64,000 nucleotides of DNA, from assembly GCA_951406725.2 (NCBI GenBank), contig OX597824.1, positions 88,164,001 to 88,228,000 on the forward strand. The letters are read 5' to 3'. Positions within the stretch are counted from its first letter, which is position 1. The number at the start of each line of letters is the position of its first letter. Made by a program: the position numbers and the translations under genes. Shown in pieces: positions 43,809 through 56,441 of the stretch. Under the pieces are notes generated by a model, which was given only the letters and a program-made list of their open reading frames with translations, did not search any database and had not been told where the DNA came from. The DNA is from Octopus vulgaris. Taxonomy: Eukaryota.

Positions 43809-44325
43809 TCTATATATATAAAACTCTAGTTGTGTGAGTGTCTGTCCCCTTCGATTTAGATTCCTAACTCCTCCCACATTTTGCGGTGCAGTTTAACCAA
43901 ATTCGGGTATCTTATAGTCGTGATTCATATCGAGCCCGTCTGAGTATTAGCGCGCGTCAACGATGAGTCTACGATTTTAAAAATAATTTAACATCATTTT
44001 TTATTCCATTTTAATGCATAAAATGCACCGTAAGTCGATGGCGGCGGAGTTGGCGTCTACGCTCACAGCTGCACCTGTGTTTGCTTCTCCCCCTTCTTCC
44101 CTCCTTCGTGAAGCTGTGGGGAAGGGAGTGTAAAGAAATCAACGTCGTAATGCGTTGTCAAGGAGACCGGAGTTCTTTTAGAACAACGACTTCATGGCTT
44201 GAAGACACCAAAACAGAAATGGCTAAGAAAGCCCGAATTGGCATCTATAAAGGAAGTAACTCTCTAAAAATGCTTATATAGTTATTTTCCTTACAAACCC
44301 GAGCAACGCCGGGCGATACTACTAG
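43809..44325 (+). mobile_element. Non-autonomous Helitron
   Basis: 5' TC, subterminal hairpin cccgagcaacgccggg, 3' CTAG, inserted between A and T; a 5' fragment of the same family lies at 32487-32580. Confidence 0.85.
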
Positions 44326-44434
44326 TAAATACATAAGAATCAATGTTGCATATATAACACATTGAATTTACGCTTAAAATCATAAAACATTTGGTAAAAA
44401 TTTGTTAAATTAAAAATTTGGGGTAATAAAACAT

Positions 44435-44502
<68 letters not shown>

Positions 44503-44755
44503 TCAGTAATGCAATACAAAGTATTGCCTTCCAGTAAAAAGTAGCCCGTGAGGGAAAAATACACAAATTAGTAAATAAATGGCACAACTAAGTACCGATA
44601 TTTACTGGAAATAGCGAACGTAAAAATACGACGCTAAAGTGTAGCTTCACCGCGTATGTATTAGTAAAAATGCGTGTGTGCAACAAAATAGAGAAAAAAA
44701 ACCGTCTTACCTCCAGGGAGAACATCTGAAAGATGAAACACCCGGAAAATGGATA

Positions 44756-44832
44756 ATGTGGTACCTGCAGGTTTCAGGTTTTGCAAGATATGTCTCTCAC
44801 CCATATTTGCTTTACCTTCTTCAGCCAAACAT
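44756..44832 (-). ncRNA. Type I hammerhead ribozyme with canonical core
   Basis: AUGUUUGG-CUGAAGA-AGGU..GCAA.AUAUG(loop)CAUAU.UUGC..ACCU-GAAA-CC-UGCA-G-GUA^CCACAU; all core nucleotides present; predicted cleavage between 44762 and 44761. Confidence 0.8.
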
Positions 44833-44931
44833 ATACCAAGACGAAACTACGATGTTACCACATAAATACCAACACACTCGACTGAAAAACGGAACGCTAA
44901 CAGTACGAGTTGTGCCATTTATTTACTAATT

Positions 44932-45001
<70 letters not shown>

Positions 45002-45076
45002 TAAAAACAAAAAAACACAACAATGCGAGGAGGTGGAACAAATATAGTATTATTGGACGCTCAGGAAAGAAGGAAG

Positions 45077-45111
45077 GTTTAACGTTTCGAGCGGAGCTCT
45101 TCGTCGGAAAC
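45077..45111 (-). ncRNA. Minimal hammerhead-like motif (variant core CCGACGA)
   Basis: GUUU-CCGACGA-A-GAGC(ucc)GCUC-GAAA-C-GUU-AAAC; relatives at 59866-59900 (-) and 63421-63456 (+). Confidence 0.5.
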
Positions 45112-45471
45112 ATAGGAGAACGAAAGATCCAGAGAAGGGAAGACAGAGGAAAAAAAATCGCCAACGGTACACACGAGGTCACATTTTGATATATATAATG
45201 TATGTGTGTGCTTATGATGGTCCTCCTAGCCGTTTGTTTTCGTCCTCGTAACCCTATGGCAGGGATAGAATAAGTGCTTCAATGCGGTGCCCCAGCATGG
45301 CCGTAGTGAAATGGCTGAAAGAAGTGGAAAATAAAAACGATAAAGAGAAAAACAAAACTCCTAACTGGATCGTGGATCAAATCCATATAATTTATATGGA
45401 TTTGCACCTATATTATACTCTGTCCATATATATATATACATTATTATATTTAATACTATACATTTCGGATA

Positions 45472-45539
<68 letters not shown>

Positions 45540-45662
45540 ACAGAGTATATATGTATATATATAAAAAAAAAAACAGTAAAGAAATATATACTATCCGAAA
45601 TGTATAGTATTAAATATAATAATGTACCTGAGAGTACTAAAAAAAGAGGTAAAAAAAAGTCC

Positions 45663-45734
45663 TGGAGATGCCGGGGATTGAACCCGGGGCCTTTCACATG
45701 CGAAGCGAACGCTCTACCACTGAGCTACATCCCC
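45663..45734 (-). tRNA. tRNA-Ala (anticodon CGC)
   Basis: GGGGATGTAGCTCAGTGGTAGAGCGTTCGCTTCGCATGTGAAAGGCCCCGGGTTCAATCCCCGGCATCTCCA: 72 nt, full cloverleaf, G3:U70 alanine identity pair, T8 Pol III terminator at 45651-45658. Confidence 0.95.
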
Positions 45735-46249
45735 ATTCCCCCAGCTGGCCGCTAAACAAGCTTTATATTATTTATTACTAATAAATGAGGTCGAATTCGT
45801 TTATTTGGCTTTTTCCTGCGTCAGTTGGACCCGCTTCGATTCTCTTTCTAATCATTTAAAATCTATTCTGTCGTCATTTTTGCCGCGACCGAGTATTTTA
45901 AAATTAAGTAATTCTCTTGAAAATCTTGTGCCGATTTATCTGAGACCCAAAGATGTTTCGATGTTTTCCAGAATTCGTTTTTTTCTTGAATTAAAGTTCA
46001 AGAATCGTGTTTTGTCTTTCAGACAAGCGCCTGAAATAATGTGAGGTCGATGCGCAACAACCATTGATGTGAAAGAGGAAGGAAGCCGAGAACGGGTCGG
46101 AGAAAACATAAGAAAACCTTAAAGAATTACAAAACGAACTATTTTCATAATATAATTGCCAAATAAAATATGTTTCATTTTTATTTTTTTTCGAAATGAT
46201 TTATTTTATATTTTACGCACTTTCCCAGATTTACCTCAAAGTATCTTAT

Positions 46250-46460
46250 ATTACGGAGATGTACTTGCATAGCAAGTGATCTGATCTGAGATCGTTGTGC
46301 TGAAACGAAAATAATTGCAGCGTGGAAGGTGTTTGTAAGCCATTTAAGAAACTCACAAAAACCGTTCGATTCACTTCAACATTTAAGTTTAATTTGTCAA
46401 AATATATTCGTCGCTTTAAGACGGCGACCTGTTCACTGACAAAAATCCGTGATGCATCTG
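46250..46460 (-). mobile_element. Penelope-like terminal repeat with G3-C8 hammerhead variant (46393-46443)
   Basis: UUUGUCA-GUGAACA-G-GUCGC(cgucuuaaa)GCGAC-GAAU-AUAUUU-UGACAAA; perfect stems I and II, but GAAA is mutated to GAAU. Confidence 0.6.
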
Positions 46461-46855
46461 AGAAAGTAATAGTTAGTTCGTTATATATATGTACGTATGT
46501 ATGTGTGTATGTATGTATGCACGCATGTATGCATGTATGTATGTACGTACGTACGCCTGTGTGTATGTATGTATGTACGTACGTTCGCCTGTATGTATGT
46601 ATTTACGTACGTACGCCTGTATGTATGTATGTACGTACGTACGCCTGTACGTATGTGTGTTAATGCACGCACATACACACTATAATCCTGTAGTGATGGA
46701 TAGATGTAGACTGACCACTCATCACAACAATCTTATATTATATCTTATATTTTATGTGTCAAAACATCGACGTTTTGGCCACGCGGCTACACTCACCCCG
46801 GCTCCTCATACATATAAAGGCTTTTTGTGGGTTGTTTAAATGGCTTACAAACATC

Positions 46856-47186
46856 TGTAGCGTACCTCGTTGATATCCTCACTGTTTGAGAAATATAAAA
46901 TAGAAATAATGTGGCAGATTCCTTTTGGCACTTATTTTGGCTTCTTCTTTGTAAGGCGACCGTGCGGCGTTTAAAAGGAGACATTCTGTCACCATCTTCT
47001 TTGCGTACGGTCTGTTTCTTTATTGCTCGCAAGAGGCTAAACACAGAGGGGACAAACAAGGACAGACAAACGAATTAAGTCAATTACATCGACCCTAGTG
47101 CGTAACTGGTACTTAATTTATCGACCTCGAAAGGTTGAAAGGCAAAGTCGACCTCGGTGGAATCTTTGCGTACGGTCGTCGCTACA
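46856..47186. mobile_element. Solo LTR containing a SINE B (47013-47162), inserted in a Penelope-like repeat
   Basis: TGTAGCG...CGCTACA termini, TSD CATC; SINE TSD tctttgcgtacggtc (15 bp). Confidence 0.8.
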
Positions 47187-47486
47187 CATCTTCCACGCTG
47201 CAATTGTACCCACACACCCTTGCGATCGGTGTTAGTGCTTTCATTGTGTAGGTCTATGGCAGGGTTGTATGTATTTAGATAGTAAGAGCTAGGTTTACGT
47301 TTATTAGATGAGGCGATAATAGATTCTATATTTGGTGTAGGAGGCAATCTTTCGTCTCTAGTAGACCTAAAATCGCCCCAACTCGTGTGACTGAGGCGAT
47401 CTTTCGGTACAGGTACCATAACTGCCAAGTCGGTTTACATATCAAGAAGATCGTCACTTTCCGTGAATTTTTATATATATATATAT

Positions 47487-47600
47487 ATTTATTTTATAGA
47501 AGGAGCTTCTACAGGACTGATTTCATTTGAATGAAACAGTTCTAGTCCTATTTCATTCAAATGAAATCAGTCCTGTAGAAGCTCCTTCTATAAAATAAAT
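47487..47600. repeat. Fold-back inverted repeat, about 50-bp perfect arms
   Basis: atttattttatagaaggagcttctacaggactgatttcatttgaatgaaa and its reverse complement around a 14-nt spacer; in (TA)n. Confidence 0.9.
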
Positions 47601-48647
47601 TAATTTACTCTGCTATGTATTGAGTACCTTATTTACTGTGGTTAACCCCGACTCAACCCGGGTCCTACATATATATATATATATATATGGGGTTAGGGTT
47701 AGGGGTGGGGGAAAGGGGCTTCTTTTTTCTTCAGAAATGTAAATAAATCCACGTGGGTTTATAATTGTAAGTGGGTTATCGTACTTGTAACGAAAGATCG
47801 CCGATTTTGATATAATCAGAATCTATCTATTGAAAATTTCATACAAAAATATCCATTTTTCTGGATGTTATGAGGAAACAAAGTCTGTGGTGGTGGTGGT
47901 GGTGGTGGTGGGGCAGATGTATACGTATGCCAGTAAAAAGCAAGTGGTAAAATCATGGAAGTATGTTTAGAGGCTTCTTTGTACCCTGTTTTTTTTTTTG
48001 TCCTTTAATCGAACAGAATAAATATAATTTTGGCATTTTTATATGTTTAATATTAAGTGACTTTTATAAAATACTAGCAAACTTGTGTCATAAAAATACC
48101 AACAGTTTTATTAATGATACAAAATGGCATTTTAAAAACGAGAGAAGCCATTGACTAATGTCAGCCATAGAGAAAAGCAGTCCTTCCTGTTTGTTTTCAC
48201 AGTCCTGTTTTTGTTAACAATTTTGACCCTCCACAAAATCCCAAATTTTATTTAATTTGCTTTGCAGGAACAGCTGTTTTATCGAAGGCGTATCTTGTTG
48301 TGAAATGCTTGAAATACAAGAGTAGAGTAGAAAAAACAGCCGACAACTGATGAAGGGTCGTCCTTTATGTTGTTTGTCTTGCTTTCCATTTGTGTCTTTT
48401 GTTGTTCAAAAAAATAATTCATATTCCATGTACTTGTACTTCGTATTTTTTGTTGTTTATGCTTTATGACGTCCTGTGCCCACATATGCATATATATATA
48501 TGTGTGTGTGTATGTGTGTATATATATATATACATATAGATGTAAGTATGTACATATACGTATGTTTAGATGCATATATGTATATCATTTATATTATATA
48601 TATATATTTATATATATATCGATAGATAGACAGATGGACAGACAGAC

Positions 48648-49881
48648 AAAGAAAGATAAGGCCAGTCTATGGTATTACACTGGGTTTCACATCCGTAAAG
48701 TACTTAGCTTTACAGTGTATCATCAAAAACCCAGGGTAATACCACAGACCAGCCTTATCTTTCTTTATCTATATACTACACAGTTCTATATCTTAGAGAG
48801 TGCTTTTTTGGGGATTTATGAATTACCAACAGCAACCGCATTACCATAGTGATGGCACCAGAAGTGATGACAGTAGCAGAATCACCAGCTCTAATACCAT
48901 CGACCCCAGTACAAATGTCACAGCCAGTGAGGATGACCAACCCAGTACCAACGACACAGGGGAGGTAACCAATGACTACAGTACCATCACCACAGATGAT
49001 GACCAGACCAGTATCATCTTCGCCAAGGAAGTAACTGGCCCTGCACCCTATGTTACCAGCAGCAGCACCCGTGGCGGTGCAATGGCCCAATGGTTAGGGC
49101 AGCGGACTCGCGGTCGGAGGATTGCGGTTTCGATTCCCAGACCAGGCGTTGTGTGTTTATTGAGCGAAAACACCTAAAGCTCCACAAGGCTCCAGCAGTA
49201 GGGGTGGCGACCCCTGTTGTACTCTTTCGCGCCAACTTTCTCTTACTCTTTCTTCCTGTTTCTTGTCCCCGACTTCCTACGCAACTCCTGAGCCTGGATG
49301 CGCATTCATCCATCCATCGATGCTCTCGGTGTCGGGGCTTGACCTGCTTTCTCTTCTGCGGGTCTTACGAATAGCAAACGACCACGTTTCGGACTTCTCC
49401 CACTACAGAGGCGCGATCTTGCGAGCTCTGGGACGAAGACCGCTTCGCTCAACAAAGCAGCAGCAGCACCCATACCAACGCTGACAGCATCAGCGCCAAC
49501 CATATGACCAGAGATGACAACCACGGCAATAACTGCATCAACAACAGACAAACCAGTACTGCCAGACCAATGCATCATAATGACAACATCAACACCACTG
49601 ACACCAACATCCCCAGGCATTGAACCTACCAGAAATACACCATGAATATGAATACAGCCAGTACCCAAACCTGTAACTATATCGGATTGGCTAGCACAGC
49701 TTTCAAATGATGCTTCTGCAACCACCAGTCATCCTTCAGATTCCCAGAAAGACATTTTGTCATGCACCTTGCCAGCCATGTGTGGTACCTCAAAGATCAA
49801 GGGACCCTATATGATACCAGGTGGAAGATCACAGGGCATCCAGGCCCACATATTAATGGGAGTGGGCACTGCAAAATCTGC
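48648..49881 (+). mobile_element. Internally deleted Penelope-like element: inverted terminal repeat with hammerhead motif, low-complexity ORF start and GIY-YIG endonuclease remnant
   Basis: 49678-49881 reads YIGLASTAFK*CFCNHQSSFR...LASHVWYLKDQG...RWKI...NGSGHCKIC, typical of the Penelope GIY-YIG C-terminus. Hammerhead on - strand at 48671-48726: UUGAUGA-[stem II]-GAAAC-CCAGU-GUA-AUACC. Confidence 0.75.
49071..49457 (+). mobile_element. SINE family D, full length, tail type 1
   Basis: tRNA-like A and B boxes; 14-bp TSD cagcagcagcaccc. Confidence 0.88.
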
Positions 49882-49896
49882 ATATATATATATGTG

Positions 49897-50190
49897 TGGT
49901 GGCGCAATGGCCTAGTGGTTAGGGCAGCAGAATTGCGGTCGGAAGATCGCAGTTTCGATTCCCAGACCGGGCGTTGTGTGTGTTTATTGAGCGAAAACAC
50001 CTAAAAGCCCCACAAGGCTCCAGCAGGGGGTGGTGGCGACCCCCTGTTGTACTCTTTCACCACAACTTTCTCTCACTCTCTCTTCCTGTTTCTTGAGTAA
50101 CACTGCGATGGACTGGTGTCCTAGGGATAACACATACACCACAGAAACCGGGAAACCGGGCCCATGAGCCCGGCTAGGCATGAAAAGGGT
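49897..50190 (+). mobile_element. SINE family D, tail type 2
   Basis: Same head and core as 49071 but a different 3' sequence after ...cttcctgtttcttg. Confidence 0.8.
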
Positions 50191-51201
50191 GACATTTATC
50201 GTGTTATATATATATATACATAATGCATAAACAGAGCCTGAAAGATTGCTTTAAGATACATGACGTATTTTATAAATATGCCTGCTGAAGTATCTTAATA
50301 GCATGAAACTATTAGTAGCTCTTTTGGTTGTATATTTAATTTGATATAATCTATATATATAAAACTAAGAATGTGAGTGTGTGTGCATCACTAAAACTCG
50401 AGAACTACCCAACTGGTTTCATTCAAATTTTACACATGCACTTCATAGGATCCATGGAGTGTCATGGGCCAAAAAAATTTTCAACTTCTTGCCTAATGCG
50501 AACCCAGAGTAATTTCTTATACTGTTTCAGTATTACGTGTCAAAAGTGAAACAATGTCATCACTTTTGTAATGTGAGATAATAGTTTCACTGTTAAAAGT
50601 GAAACTATCATTTCACATTGTGTGTGTGTTATGAACTCCCCCATCAAAGGGGCACCCAAGGATATAAAAATTATACAAATGAAAATTATCAAAATAACTA
50701 TAATAATGAAGTCTAGATACAAAATATAAGTGAATAGGTTTTTCAGAATAATAATTTAACAAAAAAAAAATTGGTGTTATTTTACATCTTTAATTTCCAA
50801 AATGTCAAAGTTTTTGTTCATGAATTAAAGAATCTTTTCATAGTATTTCTTGCATTCATGTGGAATAAAGCTGGTGAAATGCTTTACAGTGTGTTGGGGA
50901 TTATGGTTCTATCTTCAGCAGTTTATTTTAAATATAACACTTAGAAAACAAACTTCAAACAAAAGAGAAAAAAAATACCAATGAAATATTTTGGTAATAT
51001 AAATTATGAAGAAATCTATTGTTAAGGGTCAAATCATGTTACTATTTGAACAAAAGCTTTTCACAGTTGGGGATAGCTTTGTTAAAGGGCTGCAGTGAAC
51101 TTCAGTTCAGAAGTGCAGTAATAGAAACCAATGTAGTTTGGAAAAGGGGGCAGTAATTGTATCAAAATGACTTCATGTTGACATCCAACACCAAAACAGG
51201 G

Positions 51202-51220
51202 TTAACAAGCTGGAAACGTT
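51202..51220 (-). CDS. PPME1: PPME1 last coding exon: (R)TFPAC*
   Basis: Acceptor tatttttcag; phase matches the previous exon; comparable to human C-terminus VFPGC; candidate AATAAA at 50922-50927 (-). Confidence 0.85.
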
Positions 51221-51509
51221 CTGAAAAATAAAAAAAAAACTACAATAGAAACAAAATCAACGATTTTAAACAAAGGAATTTTCACTCTAATAATTTGTGT
51301 AAATTTCAATTTTGAGTTCCGATCTGTCTCATTTAGATAGATGCTGGGCATAATTCCTTTACTAGTACTATCATATTTTCAAGGGGTTGTGTTGATTACG
51401 TAAAACAATGACTTGGGTCTTTTCATTAGATTTCAAATTTCTCTGGAGACTCCAGAAATATGCAAAGAGAATAAAGTTCATTTGATACATAAGCTCTACT
51501 GAACACCTA

Positions 51510-51830
51510 GAGAAGGAGGAGGAGAAGGAGAAGAAGGAGAAGAAGAAGAAGAAGGAGGAGGAGGAGGAGAAGAAGGAGGAGAAGGAGAAGAAAAAGGAGG
51601 AGGAGAAGAAGAAGGAGGAGAAGGAGAAGAAAAAGAAGGAGGAGGAGAAGGAGAAGAAAAAGGAGGAGAAGGAGAAGAAAAAGAAGGAGGAGAAGGAGAA
51701 GGAGAAGAAAAAGGAGGAGAAGGAGAAGAAAAAGGAGGAGGAGAAGGAGAAGAAAAAGAAGGAGAAGGAAAAGAAAGAGGAGGAGGAGAAGGAGAAGAAG
51801 AAGAAGGAGAAGAAGAAGGAGGAGGAGAAG
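51510..51830. repeat. Polypurine (GAA/GAG)n tract
   Basis: Directly visible; in the last PPME1 intron. Confidence 0.95.
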
Positions 51831-52510
51831 CAGCAGCACCAGTAGTACATCTGTCTTCCATGCTGGCATGGGTTGAATGGTTCTACAGGAGATGGTGGGT
51901 CAGAGGACTTCATCAAGCTCCAGCTTTTGCTTTGGCATGGTTCCTACAGCTGGGTGTTCTTCCTAATGCCAAACACTTTGCGGAGTGAACCGGATGCTTT
52001 TTATATGGCACAAGACAAGACCCCTTCGACCGAAGTGGCAGGGAGCTGGCTTCATGCAGGGTGATGAGTGGTTAAAGTATGGCAGAACGGTAGGAACAGG
52101 TGGCCTTAATTGAAAGGAAAATGAAGAAAAGAAGAGGCTAAGAATAAGACCTTAAATGAAGGCTAACCTGAGCCTTGGATTGGAATGGACTGGATTACCC
52201 ATGTTCAGTCTACTACAGGACAAAGGCCTCAGCATGTTCTCTCCATCAACCATGATCTGATGTGGAGGCTGTGAGGCTGTGAATTTGAGCTTCAGATCAT
52301 ATTGGTTTGATGAATCAACTTTGCTACACTGGCACAGCAAGGCAGAGGGGTGAAGTTCATTTTCATACTTTTATCCAAGAAAATTTAAGTCGTTTACATC
52401 AATCCCACTGCTCAACTGGTACTTTTTTCATTGACCCCCAAAAGGGGTCAATTTGGATTAGTCAAACATTGACCTAGAAACAGTAATGCCCAATTCTAAA
52501 TGGTTTCAAC

Positions 52511-52657
52511 AAGTGGTTCCCAGCCTTTTCACTACCAAGGACCCCTTTTCTTTAAATGAGTTTTCCCACGGACCCCAGGATATTGAAAGGTCTGTTGGCT
52601 TAACATGTTCACAGACCTCCAGAACTACCTTTGCGGACCACAGGTCGGGAACCACCG
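52511..52657. mobile_element. hAT-type MITE
   Basis: TIRs aagtggttccc / gggaaccaccg; 8-bp TSD gtttcaac / gtttaaac. Confidence 0.7.
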
Positions 52658-53215
52658 GTTTAAACCATCTCTACAATGGTTCATACTGGTTTTGTAGATG
52701 GCAATTCTTCATTCATTAGGTTTAGAGATCGTTTTATAGTTAATTTGATTAGAGTTTTTTTCATATTTTGTTTTTTAATCTACTTTCTTAAATAGCTGAC
52801 TTCATCAAGGCTTAAAGAAACCATATTCTTCTACTTGAAAAGAAACAGAATATCAATACAGATACCAAAGTCGCCTTACCGGCACCTGTGCTGGTGGCAT
52901 ATGTAAAAGGATTTGAGTGAGGTCGTTGCCAGTACCGCCTGACTGGCCCCCGTGCTGGTGGCACGTAAAAAGCACCCACTACACTCTCGGAGTGGTTGGC
53001 ATTATGAAGGGCATCCAGCTGTAGAAACTCTGCCAAATTGAGACTGGAGCCTGGTGCAGCCATCTGGTTCGCCAGCCCTCAGTCAAAATCGTCCAACCCA
53101 TGCTAGCATGGAAAGCGGACGTTAAACAATGATGATGATGATGATGATGATGCATGAAACAAAGAAATATTAACAATCTGTTCCAAATATCTATTAGAGA
53201 CAACCAATACATTAC

Positions 53216-53283
53216 CTTTCAAAATCACCAATTGGGATTGCCATTTTATGCCGGACGAGAAAGGTCGCTAAAACATCTGCCAC
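53216..53283 (-). CDS. PPME1: PPME1 exon: VADVLATFLVRHKMAIPIGDFE(R)
   Basis: AG/GT boundaries, 68 nt, phase 0 to 2; similar to human VAEAVATFLIRHRFAEPIGGF. Confidence 0.95.
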
Positions 53284-53757
53284 CTAGAGATGAAAAACAG
53301 ATTAAATATTAAACTTCTAAATCAAAATTCAACTTCAAAAATAAAATTCAAACCCAGAATGAAATAGGCTGTCATTAAGATTAAGATTATTACTAATTAA
53401 TGAATACTACAGGATTATTTAAAAAATGTATCTATTTCTTTACTACCCACAAGGGGCTGAACACAGAGGGGACAAACAAGGACAGACAAATGGATTAAGT
53501 CGATTATATCGACCCCAGTGCGTAACTGGTACTTTATTTATCGACCCCGAAAGGATGAAAGGCAAAGTCAACCTCGGCGGAATTTGAACTCAGAACGTAG
53601 CGATAGACGAAATACCTATTTCTTTACTACCCACAAGGGGCTAAACAAGGACAGACAAACGGATTAAGTTGATTGCACCTCCTGATTTCATTGTCTCCTA
53701 CTATGTTAAATAAGCTTTTTCAAGATTATTAATTATTGCAAAGAAAAATGTTCTCAC

Positions 53758-53822
53758 TTTGTCTGGAACATCTTCATGAACAGCATGTCCACACTGCGGA
53801 AGAACCTGCATTTGGAACTTTC
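53758..53822 (-). CDS. PPME1: PPME1 exon with catalytic histidine: (G)KFQMQVLPQCGHAVHEDVPDK
   Basis: AG/GT boundaries, 65 nt; nearly identical to human PME-1. Confidence 0.97.
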
Positions 53823-55592
53823 CTGTTGAGAAATTACAAAAAAACAAAAAAAAAAACTTTAGTTTGTCATAACAGGAAAATATGTTAAAAAAATCTTACT
53901 TTACAAATTTATTCAATTTACACTTCATATTCGACAGTTACATAAACAGTTTTAACTGTGCATGGACAGGATGTCGAATGCACTTTAGCTGAAGGACAAG
54001 AAACTGAAACCAAAAAGCCAAATGGACACAATGCCGAAGAGACATCATCATAATCATCGTTTAACGTCCGCTTTCCATGCTAGCATGGGTTGGACGATTT
54101 TGACTGAGGGTGGCGAACCAGATGGCTGCACCAGGCTTCAATCTTGATCTGGCAGAGTTTCTACAACTGGATGCCCTTTCCTAATGCCAACCACTCTGAG
54201 AGTGTAGTGGGTGCTTTTTACGTGCCACCGGCATGGGAGCCAGTCAGGTGGTACTGGCAATGAACTCGCTCGAATCTTTTTACACATGCCACCGGCACAG
54301 GTGCCAGTAAGGCGACGCTAGTAACAATCACACTTGAATGGTACATTTTACGTGCCACGGCATGGGGGCCAGTCAGGTGGTACTGGCAATGACCTCGCTC
54401 GAATCTTTTTACACATGCCACCAGCACAGGTGCCAGTAAGGCGACGCTAGTAACAATCACGCTCGAATGGTACCTTTTACGTGCCACGGCATGGGGGCCA
54501 GTCAGGTGGTACTGGCAACGACCATTCCTACCTACATAGTTTAATGACCAATTCAGCCTGTCAAATGGTGATATTGTGGGAATAAAATGGTTACCATATA
54601 TTTTAATTTTTGTACGTCTTTTCTGCATCTTGTCCGTTCAGTTTTATATCCATTCGGCCTTTTGTCCTTCAGCAAAACTGCATTTGGCATCCTGCCCGTG
54701 TTCTATTTTAACATCCACTTTCCAATGCTTGCATGAGTTGAACAGAATTTGCAGAAGCAGATTTTCTATGGCTGGATGTCTTCCCTGTCACCAACCCTCA
54801 TCATCATTATCATCATCATCATCATTTAATGTCCGTTTTTCCATGCTAGCATGGGTTGGACGGTTCAACTGGGGTCTGGGAAGCCAGAAGGCTGCACCAG
54901 GCTCCAGTCTGATCTGGCAGTGGTTTCTACGGCTGGATGCCCTTCCTAATGCCAACCACTCCGAGAGTGTAGTGGGTGCTTTTTACGTGCCACCAGCACA
55001 GAAGCCAGTCAAGGCGGCACTGGCATCAGCCACGTTCGGATGGTGCTTTTTACATGCCACCGGCACAGGAGCCAGGGGAGGCTGGCAGCGGCCACGATCG
55101 GTTGGTGCTTTTTACGTGCCACCGGCACAGAAGCAAGTCAAGGTGGCGCTGGCATCGCCTACATTCGGATGGTGCTTTTTACATGCCACCGGCACAGGTA
55201 TCACAACTACAATTTCCATTTGATTTTTATTTTGATGTTTCCAAATATTTTCCCATGGCCTGACATGTTTTTACAGAAGATCGGAAATGAAGGCCACCAC
55301 TTGCTCATAACTACCGTGCTGTTGACACAGAAACAGTAACACACACACACACCAAGGTTTGGGTCAGTCTGGGGTTATATCTTTTATCTTTTACTTGTTT
55401 CAGCCATTAGACTGTGGCCATGCTGGGGCATTGCTTTGAATGATTTCTAATCAAATGAATCAATCCTAATATTTATTTTCTTTTTTAAGCCTTGTACTTA
55501 TTCTATCGTTCCCTCTTTGCTGAACTGCTAAGTTACGGGGACATAAACACACCAATACCAGTTGTCAAGTGGTGGGGGGGAACAAATACAAA

Positions 55593-55633
<41 letters not shown>

Positions 55634-56441
55634 CAGGCTTCTTTCAGTTTCCATCTCCCAAATCCACTCACAAGGCTTTGGTCGGCCCGTGGCTATAGTA
55701 GAAGACACTTGCCCAAGGTGCAACGCAGTGGGACTGAACCTGGAACCATGTGGTTGGAAAGCAAACTTCTTACCACACAGCCAAACCTTGGCCCATAGTA
55801 AATGATACTAGCCCAGCCCAAAGTGCCCTACAGTGGAACCGAACCCCAAATCATGAAGTTGTGAAGCAAAATTCTTCGCCACATAGCCAAGCTTCCATCT
55901 CTCTTGTTCAAAATATAGAAAACGACAGATGTTTCAAACAAACAGTCCTAAAATATCTAACAATTTATCAAAACAAAGTGTACGTACGCCACTATATATA
56001 TATATGTTGATCATTGATTAAGATGTGTTCCTCCATTTTCTTATTTTGTATATATATATATATATATATATAAAAATACAAAATGGGACAAGAAGGCAAA
56101 ACATACAAATGGACAATGCAAAAAACACGGATGGGTCATTCGAAGCCTCTAATCTTCAGTCAAAAACCAGATCATCCTCGCAATTTCGGCTGATTAATCT
56201 TGAGATCGCTCCAATCTGGCCAGCCCTAAGGAAAAACTAAGCTACGAGCATTAGATTTCTTGGAAAAAGGATCGAATGTATACGAAACAAGGAGAGAAAA
56301 ACGGACGATGTTTTTGCGTTCTTGTCCCATTTTGTATTTTTTATCTAATAATTTATCTGTGTGTGGACACAAATCATATAATCATAAGTATAGATGTTCA
56401 ATGATTTAGAGATTGTAATATTTTCAGTTTAATTCTATTAC

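Noticed and set aside
46793-47428. About 155-aa ORF restored in frame by removing a SINE
   Set aside because: The frame crosses the boundaries of a solo LTR and a Penelope-like repeat and resembles no known protein; chance open frame.
47686-47712. Interstitial telomere
   Set aside because: Only two or three TTAGGG units, inside a dispersed repeat also seen near 28180.
49071-49145. Additional tRNA genes (also 49897, 61028, 60051)
   Set aside because: tRNA-like A and B boxes are SINE heads: no proper acceptor stem, and each is followed by a SINE body.
56060-56345. Hammerhead in the repeat with roughly 30-bp inverted ends
   Set aside because: CUGAAGA and GAAA occur on the - strand, but no convincing stems I-III could be formed; probably still a Penelope-like remnant.
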